Shown here: positions 8,935-17,997 of the stretch, in pieces | How the letters are laid out: every line of letters starts with the position of its first letter | Position numbering within the stretch: the first letter of the stretch is position 1 | From: Candidatus Wolframiiraptor sinensis | Lineage (GTDB): Archaea; Thermoproteota; Nitrososphaeria_A; Caldarchaeales; Wolframiiraptoraceae | Assembly (NCBI GenBank): GCA_023261815.1 | Contig: JALNKA010000002.1 | Coordinates: forward strand, 1-36,239 | DNA: 36,239 bases | Direction: 5' to 3' | Position numbers and translations under genes: made by a program | The notes under the pieces: model-generated | What the model was told of the DNA's origin: nothing | The model's input: only the letters and a program-made list of their open reading frames with translations | The model's database searches: none

Positions 8935-11724
8935 TCAACGCTCGGCGGACTCTATCGTCGGCGGCCTGACCTTAAGGTAGGTCTTCTTCTTTGAGCGGGC
9001 TATTATCTCGCGCTCCGGTATCTCGGATATCTTCTCGCCCTTCAAGTTGAGCTCCACGATGACCTCCTCGGGCGTGTATCTTACCTCGAAGCCGAGCCTC
9101 TTGCAGAGCTCTATCATCCTGGTGTTCTCGGGCATCACTAGGCCGTAGATGGATTCAAGGCCCTTCTCCATGGCCACTTGGATGAGCATATCTATCAGCT
9201 TCGTGCCGAGCCCCTTCCCCTGGAAATCATCCGCGACCACCACCGCGAAATCCCCGCGCTTCCTGAATGGGTCCATTATCAGCCTTCCAACGCCCACATG
9301 CCTTTTCCTCCCATGGTTGTCGGTGTACTCGGCTATTATCGCCATCTCCCGGTCGTAGTCTATATTGCAGAACCTCACGTGCATGTCATGCGTTATCTCC
9401 TTGATCGTGTAGAAGAACCTGAACCTCTTCGTCTCCTCTGAGAGGTTCTCGATGAACTCCGCCTCCAGCGGCTCATCCTCGGGTCTAATAGGCCTAAGAA
9501 TCACCTGCGTCCCATCCCTCAGCCTATATGGGACAATGTACTTCGATGGATAGGGCATTATCACGAGATTGGAGTAGGGCTCGGGCTCCCTATCCCCCAG
9601 CTCGGGGTCCAGTATTATCCTCACATCGACCGCATACGCCTCGCTGCCGGAGATGAGGAGTGGGTTGATGTCGACCTCCTTGATCTCTGGGAAGTCGACT
9701 AGCATGTTGGAGAACCTCACGAGTATCTCCTCGAGCTTCACGATGTCGACCGGGGGCTTGCTCCTATACCCCTTCACGAGGAACTTGTAGATCTTCGTCT
9801 CCTCCATAAGCCTCCTAGCCAGAACCTGGTTGAGCGGTGGAAGGCCTATAGCGTAGTCCTTGAATAGCTCGACACCGAATCCTCCAGCCCCGAAGAGTAT
9901 CACGGATCCGAAGATCGGATCCTTCTTTGACCCGATGATGAGCTCGTAATCCGCGTTCGCTATCATCTTCTGGACGTAGACTCCCTCGATCCGCGCATCC
10001 GGCACCCTCTCCCTAACTCTCTGGATCAGCTTGTTGAACGCATCTCTGAGCTCATTCTCATTCTTCACCCCAACGACGACCCCGCCGACATCAACCTTAT
10101 GCACTATATCCGGGGAAACTATCTTCAGCACCACCGGGTATCCTATCTTGGACGCGATCAGCATGGCCTCGCCGGCGCTCTTTGCGAGGCCCCCCTCGGG
10201 GGTTGGGATGCCGTAAGCTTTCATGAAGCGCTCAGCCTCATCTATTAGCAGAACATCCCTCTTCTCCTTCCTCGCCCTCCTAATCAGCACCTTGAGATGA
10301 TATTTAGGCGGCGACAGGTCGATCGAGAGCTCCCTCGGCGTCTCGTAAAGCAGTTCCAGGTTCCGCTTGTACCTGTACATAAACATGTATGTCTTCACAG
10401 CGTCCTCCGGTGTCGTGTAGCATGGGATGTCGTTCTTGGAGAATAGCTTCCTAGCCTCCCTGACTTTGTCGCTTCCGCCCATCCAGACAGCGAGGACGGG
10501 CTTCCTCTTCTCGGCGATTATGTTTATCATTGCCTCGGCGAGCTCGATCGGCCCCGCCGCTCCCTGCGGAGTATATATCACGATGACGCCGTCGATCTCC
10601 GGATCGCTTAAGCAGACCTTCAGGGCTTCAACGTATCTCTTGACATCGGCATCTCCTATGATGTCCACCGGGTTCCCCCTGCTCCAGTGGGGCGGCAGGA
10701 TCGCGTCGAGGGCTTTGATCGTTTTCTCAGAGAGCCTCGCCACCTCGCCACCATAATCGATGACGGCGTCAGCGGCGATCACCCCCGGCCCTCCCGCATT
10801 CGTTATTATCGCGAGCCTCGGGCCCGCTGGAAGATATCTGGAGTCCAAGACCCTGGCGCAGTTGAATAAGTCCTCTATCTCGTCGACGCGGATCGCGCCC
10901 ACCCTCTTGAATGCGGCATCATAGATCTCGAAGCTCCCGACCATCGCGCCCGTGTGAGATTTCGCGGCCCTGGCGCTCGCCTCATACTTCCCCGGCTTCA
11001 GGATGAGTATCGGCTTTGTCCTGGCGAACCCCCTGACGGCGCTCATGAACTTCCTGGCCCTCTTGATGTCGTCGAGCCCCTCCATGTAGATGAGTATGCT
11101 GCGCGTTTCAGGGTCTTCTCCTAGGTAGTCTATCAGGTCGCCGAAGTCTATGTCGAGCATCGAGCCGAGCGATATGAACATGCTGAATCCTATGTGATGC
11201 GTGAGCGCCCAGTCTAGGATCGCCGACCCGAGCGCCCCGCTCTGCGAAATGAATGCTATCGGCCCAGGCTCGGGCATCTTCCTGAAAAACGTGGCGTTAA
11301 GCCCTATGTGGGGCCTGATGAACCCGAAGCAGTTTGGGCCGAGAATTCTCATCCCGTATTTCTGCTGGATGCGCTTTATCTCCTCCTCGAGCTTCCTCCC
11401 CTCCTCTCCAACCTCCCTGAAGCCCGCGGAGATTATCACCACGCCGTCGACGCCGGCTTCCCCGCACTCCTCCACGACCTTTGGAACAGCTTTCGCCGGG
11501 ACCGCTATTATCGCGAGATCAACGTGCTTCGGGACATCCTTGATGCTCGGATAGCACTTCAGCCCGAAGGCGGACTCCCTATTCGGGTTGATGGGGAAGA
11601 TTTCCCTATTATTCTTCCACTCGAGCAGGTTCTCCATGATCGCTCTTCCGACGGAGCCCTCCCTATCGGTCGCGCCGATCACGGCCACGGTCTCAGGATC
11701 AAACATGCGCTCAATGCTTCCCAA
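8935..11724 (-). CDS. Fused ADP-forming acyl-CoA synthetase (alpha+beta) / GNAT acetyltransferase (Pat/Pka-type protein lysine acetyltransferase)
   Basis: CoA-binding VAVIGAT...GPNCFG, SQSGA, SHTGA, TNAGGPG, NPVD, ATP-grasp HKVDVGGV and DINP; C-terminal GNAT RPIRPEDE...IDYDREMA...FQGKGLG. Confidence 0.93.
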   Translation of the reverse strand: MGSIERMFDPETVAVIGATDREGSVGRAIMENLLEWKNNREIFPINPNRESAFGLKCYPSIKDVPKHVDLAIIAVPAKAVPKVVEECGEAGVDGVVIISAGFREVGEEGRKLEEEIKRIQQKYGMRILGPNCFGFIRPHIGLNATFFRKMPEPGPIAFISQSGALGSAILDWALTHHIGFSMFISLGSMLDIDFGDLIDYLGEDPETRSILIYMEGLDDIKRARKFMSAVRGFARTKPILILKPGKYEASARAAKSHTGAMVGSFEIYDAAFKRVGAIRVDEIEDLFNCARVLDSRYLPAGPRLAIITNAGGPGVIAADAVIDYGGEVARLSEKTIKALDAILPPHWSRGNPVDIIGDADVKRYVEALKVCLSDPEIDGVIVIYTPQGAAGPIELAEAMINIIAEKRKPVLAVWMGGSDKVREARKLFSKNDIPCYTTPEDAVKTYMFMYRYKRNLELLYETPRELSIDLSPPKYHLKVLIRRARKEKRDVLLIDEAERFMKAYGIPTPEGGLAKSAGEAMLIASKIGYPVVLKIVSPDIVHKVDVGGVVVGVKNENELRDAFNKLIQRVRERVPDARIEGVYVQKMIANADYELIIGSKKDPIFGSVILFGAGGFGVELFKDYAIGLPPLNQVLARRLMEETKIYKFLVKGYRSKPPVDIVKLEEILVRFSNMLVDFPEIKEVDINPLLISGSEAYAVDVRIILDPELGDREPEPYSNLVIMPYPSKYIVPYRLRDGTQVILRPIRPEDEPLEAEFIENLSEETKRFRFFYTIKEITHDMHVRFCNIDYDREMAIIAEYTDNHGRKRHVGVGRLIMDPFRKRGDFAVVVADDFQGKGLGTKLIDMLIQVAMEKGLESIYGLVMPENTRMIELCKRLGFEVRYTPEEVIVELNLKGEKISEIPEREIIARSKKKTYLKVRPPTIESAER

Positions 11725-11840
11725 GAATGATCCCGCCTACTCACTTCAGAATCCACTATTAGAATTTTGACATCATACCTGCTGTGGGGGAAGCGTTTCC
11801 AGAGCTGTGAGCCAATTGACGATTTCATATTCGTCATGTG

Positions 11841-12443
11841 CTATCTCCGGAGCCCGCCGCCTTCCAGAATCCTTCTCATGTTCTCCTCGACCTCTCTCCT
11901 CCTCTCATCGTAGAAGTTTCTTCCGGACGGGTCTATAGCGATCATCAGCGGGCCGAAGCCCCTGACCCTGAGAACCCACATCGCCTCCGGTATCCCGAGG
12001 TCGAGCCACTCAACCCGCTCGACGCTCTCGATCGCGTTGGCCGCTAATGCTCCAGCGCCTCCCGGGTAAATCGCGTAAGCGGCTCCGAATCTCATGCATG
12101 CTTCAGCAGTCCTCGCTCCCATTCCGCCCTTTCCCACTATGAGCCTTATCCCGGTCCTCTCTATCAGCTCCGGCTCATATGCCTCGAGCCGCGCGCTCGT
12201 CGTCGGCCCCGCAGCCACGATCTCCCAGCCGCTCTCAACTCTCTTCACGACAGGCCCCATGTGATACAATACTAGGCCTGAGAGGTCTATTGGTAGCCTC
12301 CTGCCGCTCCTAAGATGCTCTATGGCCCTTCTATGGCCTGCATCCCTCATCGTGACCACGAGCCCATCCACGATAACCAGGTCTCCGACCCTGAGCCTCC
12401 GGATCTCCTGCTCGCTTATGGGTGTCTTAAGCCTGTACTCCAT
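11841..12443 (-). CDS. Class I Fe-S fumarate hydratase / L(+)-tartrate dehydratase, beta subunit
   Basis: MRDAGH, YHMGPVV, AGPTTSARL, GKGGMG, DLGIPEAMW, FGPL. Confidence 0.92.
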   Translation of the reverse strand: MEYRLKTPISEQEIRRLRVGDLVIVDGLVVTMRDAGHRRAIEHLRSGRRLPIDLSGLVLYHMGPVVKRVESGWEIVAAGPTTSARLEAYEPELIERTGIRLIVGKGGMGARTAEACMRFGAAYAIYPGGAGALAANAIESVERVEWLDLGIPEAMWVLRVRGFGPLMIAIDPSGRNFYDERRREVEENMRRILEGGGLRR

Positions 12444-12446
12444 CCC

Positions 12447-13367
12447 TCAACGCACCTCCAAGTCATTCAAGAACTCGTGGGTTAGGAACTCAACCCTATC
12501 ACCGCTAATCCTCATCGTGGAGTATCTGAATGCCCAGCAGCTAGACACTACTCCGACTGCAAGGGATGCTGGATGCCTGTGAGAGGCCTCTATCCTCGCT
12601 TCCAGCGCGGTCGTTATGCCGCCCACGCCATGAACCCCCCAGCCGAGCCCATTCACCATCTCGAGAATCTTCTCCTCGAGCAGGGCAAGCTCCCGCCTCG
12701 GATTCCGAGAGCCCATGCCTCTCAGAAGAGCTCTCTTAGCCAGGCAGATGGCCGCGTAAGCGGTTCCGCCGAGCCCGATGCCGATGATTAGAGGCGGGCA
12801 TGCTCTCGGGCCAGCCTCCTTAATCACCTCCAAGACAAACTTCGATGCTCCTTCAATGCCCGCGCTCGGCGTCATGACCGCGACGCCGCCCGCCGCCTCG
12901 CTACCACCGCCCTTAAGCAGGACAGTTATCTCCGCATAATCCTCTCCTGGCATTATTTCCCAGTCTATCCACGGGATGTAATCGCCCGTATTATCCCCAG
13001 TATTAATCCCGGTTACGATGTCCATGGCATTGGGCCTGAGGGGTATCTTCCTCGTCGCCTCCGCGACAGCCATCCGGAGGATTCCGGGAAGCTTTCCGAG
13101 AAATGGGAACCTCTCTCCAGCCTTCACGCTGAACATCACGATGCCGGTATCCTGGCATATGGGCCGCCCGCGCTCCTCGGCCAGCTCAACATTCTCGAGA
13201 ATCGCGGAGAGCATCCGCCTCGCAAGCGGATTCTCCTCGAGCTCATACGCCCTCCTCAGGGATGCCTTCACGTCCTCGGGCAGATGAGTTGCGGCGGCTC
13301 GAATAAGCTTGACCACGCATCTCCTTATCCCATCTTCCGCGAGCACGCGATGATGTGCATGAATCAC
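12447..13367 (-). CDS. Class I Fe-S fumarate hydratase / L(+)-tartrate dehydratase, alpha subunit
   Basis: PICQDTG, PLRPN, KGGGSE, ACPP, HRHPAS, SCWA (three Fe-S cysteines); true start may be GTG 13346. Confidence 0.92.
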   Translation of the reverse strand: MIHAHHRVLAEDGIRRCVVKLIRAAATHLPEDVKASLRRAYELEENPLARRMLSAILENVELAEERGRPICQDTGIVMFSVKAGERFPFLGKLPGILRMAVAEATRKIPLRPNAMDIVTGINTGDNTGDYIPWIDWEIMPGEDYAEITVLLKGGGSEAAGGVAVMTPSAGIEGASKFVLEVIKEAGPRACPPLIIGIGLGGTAYAAICLAKRALLRGMGSRNPRRELALLEEKILEMVNGLGWGVHGVGGITTALEARIEASHRHPASLAVGVVSSCWAFRYSTMRISGDRVEFLTHEFLNDLEVR

Positions 13368-13409
13368 CGAGAAATAGGTTTCGCCGGAGCGACGGTTTTG
13401 CCTGTAATT

Positions 13410-14897
13410 TTAGCGCGCCTTATCTTCGCTTATCTGGAAGCTTATGAGGAGCGGCGTGGGAGATGGATTCATTCTGCCGAGGAAGTAGAAGTGGCCCTCG
13501 GGGAGCGTCAGCAGATTCTCGGGCGAGATGTAGTATGATGCCGCGAGCTTCTGAGCCTCCTCGAAGTCGAGCGGGTGAATTCTCCCTATGAACTGCGTGT
13601 TGAGGTTTCTTCTCACGGCCGCGTTTAGCCCTATCTCGCCCGCCATCCCCTGCGATAAGATCACTATCGAGAGGCCATAGCTTCTCCCGAGCGCGCAGAG
13701 GTCAATTATTATGTCGGTCGTCTCCCTTTCGAGACCTCGCGGCTGCCATGGAGCATACTGCGGCCCCTCATCTATCACGAGAGCGACGTCGAGCCTCTGC
13801 TTATTCTCCATAAGCCTCTTCAGGTATCTGGCTATCGAGTAGAATGCCGCGAGCTTCTGCTCCTTCTCGCCCTTGCTCATGTCTATCACGACTACGCCCC
13901 TCTCCTTCGCCATCGTCATGATCCTCCATGGCTCGATCGTCCCGAGAAAGCGCTCAATCTCCTCCTCCGTTATCAGCTCGAAGGATGAGTCGAGCCTATC
14001 GAGCCAGAGCTGGAGGGTCTCGGCTTTAATCCTCCCCGCGTTCTGCTGCAGAGTGGCTTTTGCATATTGGTAGATTAGGTTCCTAGCCTCCTCGGGCGGC
14101 CTCCCCCTCCACTCAACTCTCCTTAGCGCCCTCTCAACGGCTATCGCGACCGGGTTCTCCTCCCTCTCAAGGTACCCGAAATTCCTCGTCAGCTGGCTGA
14201 AGTATCTCAGGACGGTCGAGTCATCTATCTTGACTTGGTCAAGCGGTATAACGTTCTCGAAGAATGGCGCGTAATCGCTTCCCTTCCAGTCCATGATTAT
14301 CACACTGTAGCCCGCTTTCCTGAGAAGGGGTATCACCTCGTATCTCGCGAGATAGCTCTTCCCCGAGCCCGTTACGCCGAATATGCCTATGTGGTAGTTT
14401 ATGTACTGCTTGAGAACCGGCACCTTCCACCTCGGCTCCGCCCAATAGTGCCCTATCGTAAGATCAGATCTGCAAAGGTACTTCATCGGGTCATCCTCGC
14501 TCGTATACATCTCGACGAGCGATGTGGGCGCGATTATGAGCTTGTTCTGCTCCAGCCCATTCTCCCCTATCATGCCGATTATCTCGAGGTTGAAGACGTA
14601 GAACTCCTTGACGCTGCTCGGCGATCTCCCGGTCTTCGCATAGGCTATGCCTGGCGTGAAGCTAGCGGTCCTAACATTATCGTTCATGCCCCTCCCTCCC
14701 CTGCATATCGCCAAGACATCCCTGCCATTCTTGTTCCTGATTACGACAAGGCTCTCATTCTTGACCACCTTCTCCATCCCGTCGTAGAGTATCACGGATG
14801 CCCTGGACTCGCTCGCGCCGCTCGAGATCACGCCTATGGGTGTGGGCAGCCTACAACCCCCCACTATGATGGGCTGGGCAGCCGTATATAATGCCAT
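13410..14897 (-). CDS. herA: HerA/FtsK family ATPase (HAS barrel + DUF87 P-loop domain)
   Basis: Walker A HIGIFGVTGSGKS, DWKGSDY, Walker B LVIDEG, arginine finger GRSYG and ILSQ; true start probably GTG 14864 or CTG 14849, since a TTATATA box lies at 14886-14892. Confidence 0.88.
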   Translation of the reverse strand: MALYTAAQPIIVGGCRLPTPIGVISSGASESRASVILYDGMEKVVKNESLVVIRNKNGRDVLAICRGGRGMNDNVRTASFTPGIAYAKTGRSPSSVKEFYVFNLEIIGMIGENGLEQNKLIIAPTSLVEMYTSEDDPMKYLCRSDLTIGHYWAEPRWKVPVLKQYINYHIGIFGVTGSGKSYLARYEVIPLLRKAGYSVIIMDWKGSDYAPFFENVIPLDQVKIDDSTVLRYFSQLTRNFGYLEREENPVAIAVERALRRVEWRGRPPEEARNLIYQYAKATLQQNAGRIKAETLQLWLDRLDSSFELITEEEIERFLGTIEPWRIMTMAKERGVVVIDMSKGEKEQKLAAFYSIARYLKRLMENKQRLDVALVIDEGPQYAPWQPRGLERETTDIIIDLCALGRSYGLSIVILSQGMAGEIGLNAAVRRNLNTQFIGRIHPLDFEEAQKLAASYYISPENLLTLPEGHFYFLGRMNPSPTPLLISFQISEDKAR

Positions 14898-14920
14898 CAG
14901 GGCTCGGCGAATGTGGAAGC

Positions 14921-16363
14921 TTAGCTTCCCTCATTCTCCAGAGCCCGCTTATGCTCTTCATCATCATAACTCCTATACTTCAGTATTATCTCGCACCATC
15001 TCCTCTCGGGGCAGTATCCGAGGTGCTTGCACTTCTCGCCCATCAGCTCGCCCAGCCATGGGGCCTTCTCGCTAACCTGCCTCCAGACCTCATACGCTAT
15101 CCTCCTAACCTCCCACTGCGATGTGCTGCACGCCCTAGTCGCGATGAAGCCCTGCGGCCAGAGAAGATTAAACGCATTATAGGATCTGATCGCATATATT
15201 CTCACCGCCTGAGGGATTATGTAGATCGCGTCCGATGGCTGGGCGCCTCCCTCGATCAGCTTCTTATATGCTTCCAGAAGGCCGGCCGCCGCCTCCATGA
15301 AAAGATCCACGAGCCTCTTGCTTCTTGCAATCCTCGGGGGAATAATCAGGCCCTGCTCGGGCTTGGAGAGGCAGCGCTCAGCCGCCGAGTATATCGACTC
15401 CACCGCCGTCGGGATGGTCCTATGCCTTATCGCCTGATGATAGGCTGCGAGGGACATCGGCTCGAGGAATACCGCCTGGATGAGCGGGTTCAGGACATGT
15501 GCTCTCGCTGGATCCTCGAGGGATTCCTTGATCGTATCAGCCCGCTCCAAGAGCGAGATGAAGTTCAGCATAACGGGGCCTCCTCCATGCTTCTCCACGA
15601 GATCTTCGATCACGTGATCCGGTTCCCTATACGGATTAGCATACGGATATGTTGGGAGCTTCATCCTAAACTTCAGCCTAGCCTCCGTGAGATGGGGCGC
15701 GATCCTCCTAGCGACCTCGCCGATCCTCCTGCCGATTAGCGAGAGCTCCTCCGGATACCATGGTGATCCATCCCCATGTTTCTCCGCATCGATTATGAAT
15801 CCGAGGAATGTTTCTAGACTCCCGCTCATGAAAAGCGATGTCGCCGAGGCGAGCGGGAGAACGTATCTAGCATCCTCGGGCTCCACGCCCTCTTCCAATA
15901 ATCTCGAATACGCGTCATGAGCTGCATCAACCATCCTGGCATACGTGAATCTGAGATCTTCTCTTGCCGCGGCTCTGGGCGGGATGAAGAAGCCCTCTCT
16001 TCTGACGATGCTCCTCCGCTGAGACTCTTGGAGATATGAGCCGAAGGGCGGTGAGACCAAGAGGAGGGACGCGGCCCTGCTGCACCGGGATATCTCTAGC
16101 TGAAGCGTCAGGGATGTTGTTAAGGATGCGTGGCCCCTTCGAGTTGACTCGCGGTGAAATGTAGAGACTATTCTCCTGAGATCGCCACCAGATTCCAAAA
16201 GCTCACCATATCTCTCGGCTATGGATACTCTCCTGAGCGTCCCGATGCCTTCTAGGGCTATGAGGGTGTCAGGCTCGAGCTTGATCTTCTCGCCGTGTAG
16301 CTCTATCTCGCCGGCCGGCCCATAATCCAATAGCCTCACACATATGTCATTGAGGGTTAGCAT
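14921..16363 (-). CDS. thyX: Flavin-dependent thymidylate synthase ThyX, tandem two-domain form
   Basis: Domain 1: RRGHAS, CSR, LQESQR, EDARYVLP; domain 2: HQAIRHR, DAIYIIP, RACSTSQWEVR, terminal KC-x4-YCPE; ATG 16363 preferred to 16417. Confidence 0.88.
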   Translation of the reverse strand: MLTLNDICVRLLDYGPAGEIELHGEKIKLEPDTLIALEGIGTLRRVSIAERYGELLESGGDLRRIVSTFHRESTRRGHASLTTSLTLQLEISRCSRAASLLLVSPPFGSYLQESQRRSIVRREGFFIPPRAAAREDLRFTYARMVDAAHDAYSRLLEEGVEPEDARYVLPLASATSLFMSGSLETFLGFIIDAEKHGDGSPWYPEELSLIGRRIGEVARRIAPHLTEARLKFRMKLPTYPYANPYREPDHVIEDLVEKHGGGPVMLNFISLLERADTIKESLEDPARAHVLNPLIQAVFLEPMSLAAYHQAIRHRTIPTAVESIYSAAERCLSKPEQGLIIPPRIARSKRLVDLFMEAAAGLLEAYKKLIEGGAQPSDAIYIIPQAVRIYAIRSYNAFNLLWPQGFIATRACSTSQWEVRRIAYEVWRQVSEKAPWLGELMGEKCKHLGYCPERRWCEIILKYRSYDDEEHKRALENEGS

Positions 16364-16438
16364 GCTGCTCTTAAGATGGTGCCGGGAGCCCGGATATAGC
16401 GCCTCCCCAAGCGCCAAAGAGGGAGTATTACCGGAGAA

Positions 16439-17695
16439 TTATCTCATGCGCAAAAGAGCATCCTCAGGGCACTGGATATCCGCGTTCGGTATTATCGCGG
16501 CTCTTAGATCTCTTCTCCCGGCGGCGGACATCGCCTCCTCCAACACCTCGCCCCAATCCCTAATCCACTCCATCTTCTCCGCGGCTATCGGAAGCTGGGG
16601 ATCAGCCTCAGGATATCTCGAATACACTATCAGCTTTCCGACGTGGCCGAGCTTCCCGGGCGGATTGAATATCGTTCCTCCCCTCCTTTTCCCGAATTTT
16701 CCATAGGCGTAATGGGTTACTTGGCCGCGCGGGTCATCCGCGATCATTATCACGATCGCTCCCGGCTTGATGCATCGGCCCCAGGCGGACAGAGCCAGAA
16801 CAGCCTCATTCGACTTCGATGAAGCATTCAGGACCAGCACATCGTATTTTTCGGGGACCTTGCTGGAATACATTGTCCTCGCGCATTCAACTCCCATCCG
16901 GTACTTGGCCATCACGTCGCCGCAGAAGATGCGCGTCGAATCATTGAATCCGTTAATTATCACGTCCACCTTGAAGTCGAGTCCAGAAATCTTGGCAAAG
17001 TCCCATGCATCCTCTAATAGAATATTGCTCTCAACGCTCCCCCAGCCCGTCGATGGATGAGGCTTTGCTCCTGCAACATAGCCGCCGACCGAGCCATGAT
17101 TATGGCTTATAGCGTTTATCGATGCCATTCCAGGCAGGATTATCTTAGGACCTCCGCCGAATCCGAACATCGGATGGGGCAGTATGCATCCCACGGCTAT
17201 CTTCAGATCGCATGAGAGGTACTCGCCATTAACCTCCACGGGCGTCCCATGCCTCGTCTCGCCGATGTGATCGCAGCCGTGAAAAGGATTATGATTGTAG
17301 ACCGGATACTCCTCCAGAATCTCCTCCCCGAGCTTCTTCGAGAAGTCGATCCTGCTCATGGCCCCATGAGCTCCCGTCGCCGCAATGAATCTGATATGAT
17401 CAGGTGATATTCCCGCGAGCTTTAGCTCCCTCAGGATGGCCTCGGCTATCGGCATAACCCTCGTGGGCCTAGTATGATCGTCAAACACCACGACGACTTC
17501 TTCTCTGCCCTCCGCAAGCCGCCGCAGCGGCCTAGACCCAACGGGGCTCCTCAAAGCCCGGATTATATCCTCCGCGTTAATGGGCCTCTCATCATAAGCC
17601 CTCATCCGGTAAACATTGACGCTCCATCCATCCGGAAACTCGAGAACCCTCTCCCTAGAATCGCCCCACGCAATATCCGGAATAGCGATCCTCAT
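16439..17695 (-). CDS. larA: LarA family nickel-pincer racemase/epimerase (lactate racemase homolog)
   Basis: DDHTRPT, ATGAHG, PHPMFGFGGGPKIILPG (NPN-linked Lys), SHNH; ATG 17695 has GAAAAGG-TTTATC upstream; the longer ORF-track start runs into the tRNA. Confidence 0.85.
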   Translation of the reverse strand: MRIAIPDIAWGDSRERVLEFPDGWSVNVYRMRAYDERPINAEDIIRALRSPVGSRPLRRLAEGREEVVVVFDDHTRPTRVMPIAEAILRELKLAGISPDHIRFIAATGAHGAMSRIDFSKKLGEEILEEYPVYNHNPFHGCDHIGETRHGTPVEVNGEYLSCDLKIAVGCILPHPMFGFGGGPKIILPGMASINAISHNHGSVGGYVAGAKPHPSTGWGSVESNILLEDAWDFAKISGLDFKVDVIINGFNDSTRIFCGDVMAKYRMGVECARTMYSSKVPEKYDVLVLNASSKSNEAVLALSAWGRCIKPGAIVIMIADDPRGQVTHYAYGKFGKRRGGTIFNPPGKLGHVGKLIVYSRYPEADPQLPIAAEKMEWIRDWGEVLEEAMSAAGRRDLRAAIIPNADIQCPEDALLRMR

Positions 17696-17811
17696 TCGAT
17701 CAGAGCTCGGCGCATATAGCGGTGATAAACCTTTTCTCAGAAGCTCTAGCTCATTGGCCAAGAACTCCGCCGGCTCACCGCCGATAACAATGACACATGT
17801 CTTGAAAGCGA

Positions 17812-17896
17812 TGCGGGGGGTGGGATTTGAACCCACGAACCCCTACGGGACAGGGTCCTAAGCCCTGCGCCTTTGACCAGGCTTGGCTACCCCCGC
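17812..17896 (-). tRNA. tRNA-Leu(TAG), intronless, long variable arm
   Basis: Reverse complement GCGGGGG-TA-GCCAAGCCTGGTCAAAGGC-G-CAGGG-CT-TAG-GA-CCCTG-variable arm-GTGGG-TTCAAAT-CCCAC-CCCCCGC-A; CCA not encoded. Confidence 0.97.
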
Positions 17897-17997
17897 ACCA
17901 TTTAATAGGCTTCTGGTCAAGCTCTCATTAACCTTTTCGCGTGCTTCGCGGCGCTAGATTTTTCTCTAGCTTTCGGGGTTTTTCTAGCGCGGCTAGA

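Noticed and set aside
11725-11840. Possible minus-strand C/D sRNA (ATGACGA...ATGATGT...CTGA)
   Set aside because: No D' box and wrong spacing; better explained by a TGACGA/TCGTCA hairpin after the fumarase beta stop plus the ACD/GNAT promoter
14235-14891. 218-aa plus-strand ORF
   Set aside because: Antisense shadow of herA, no motifs
14891-15739. 282-aa plus-strand ORF
   Set aside because: Antisense to thyX over almost its whole length, with no family motifs; a shadow ORF of the kind expected in GC-rich coding DNA
17696-17836. N-terminal extension of the larA ORF
   Set aside because: Overlaps tRNA-Leu and contains the probable larA BRE/TATA; the family domain starts at ATG 17695
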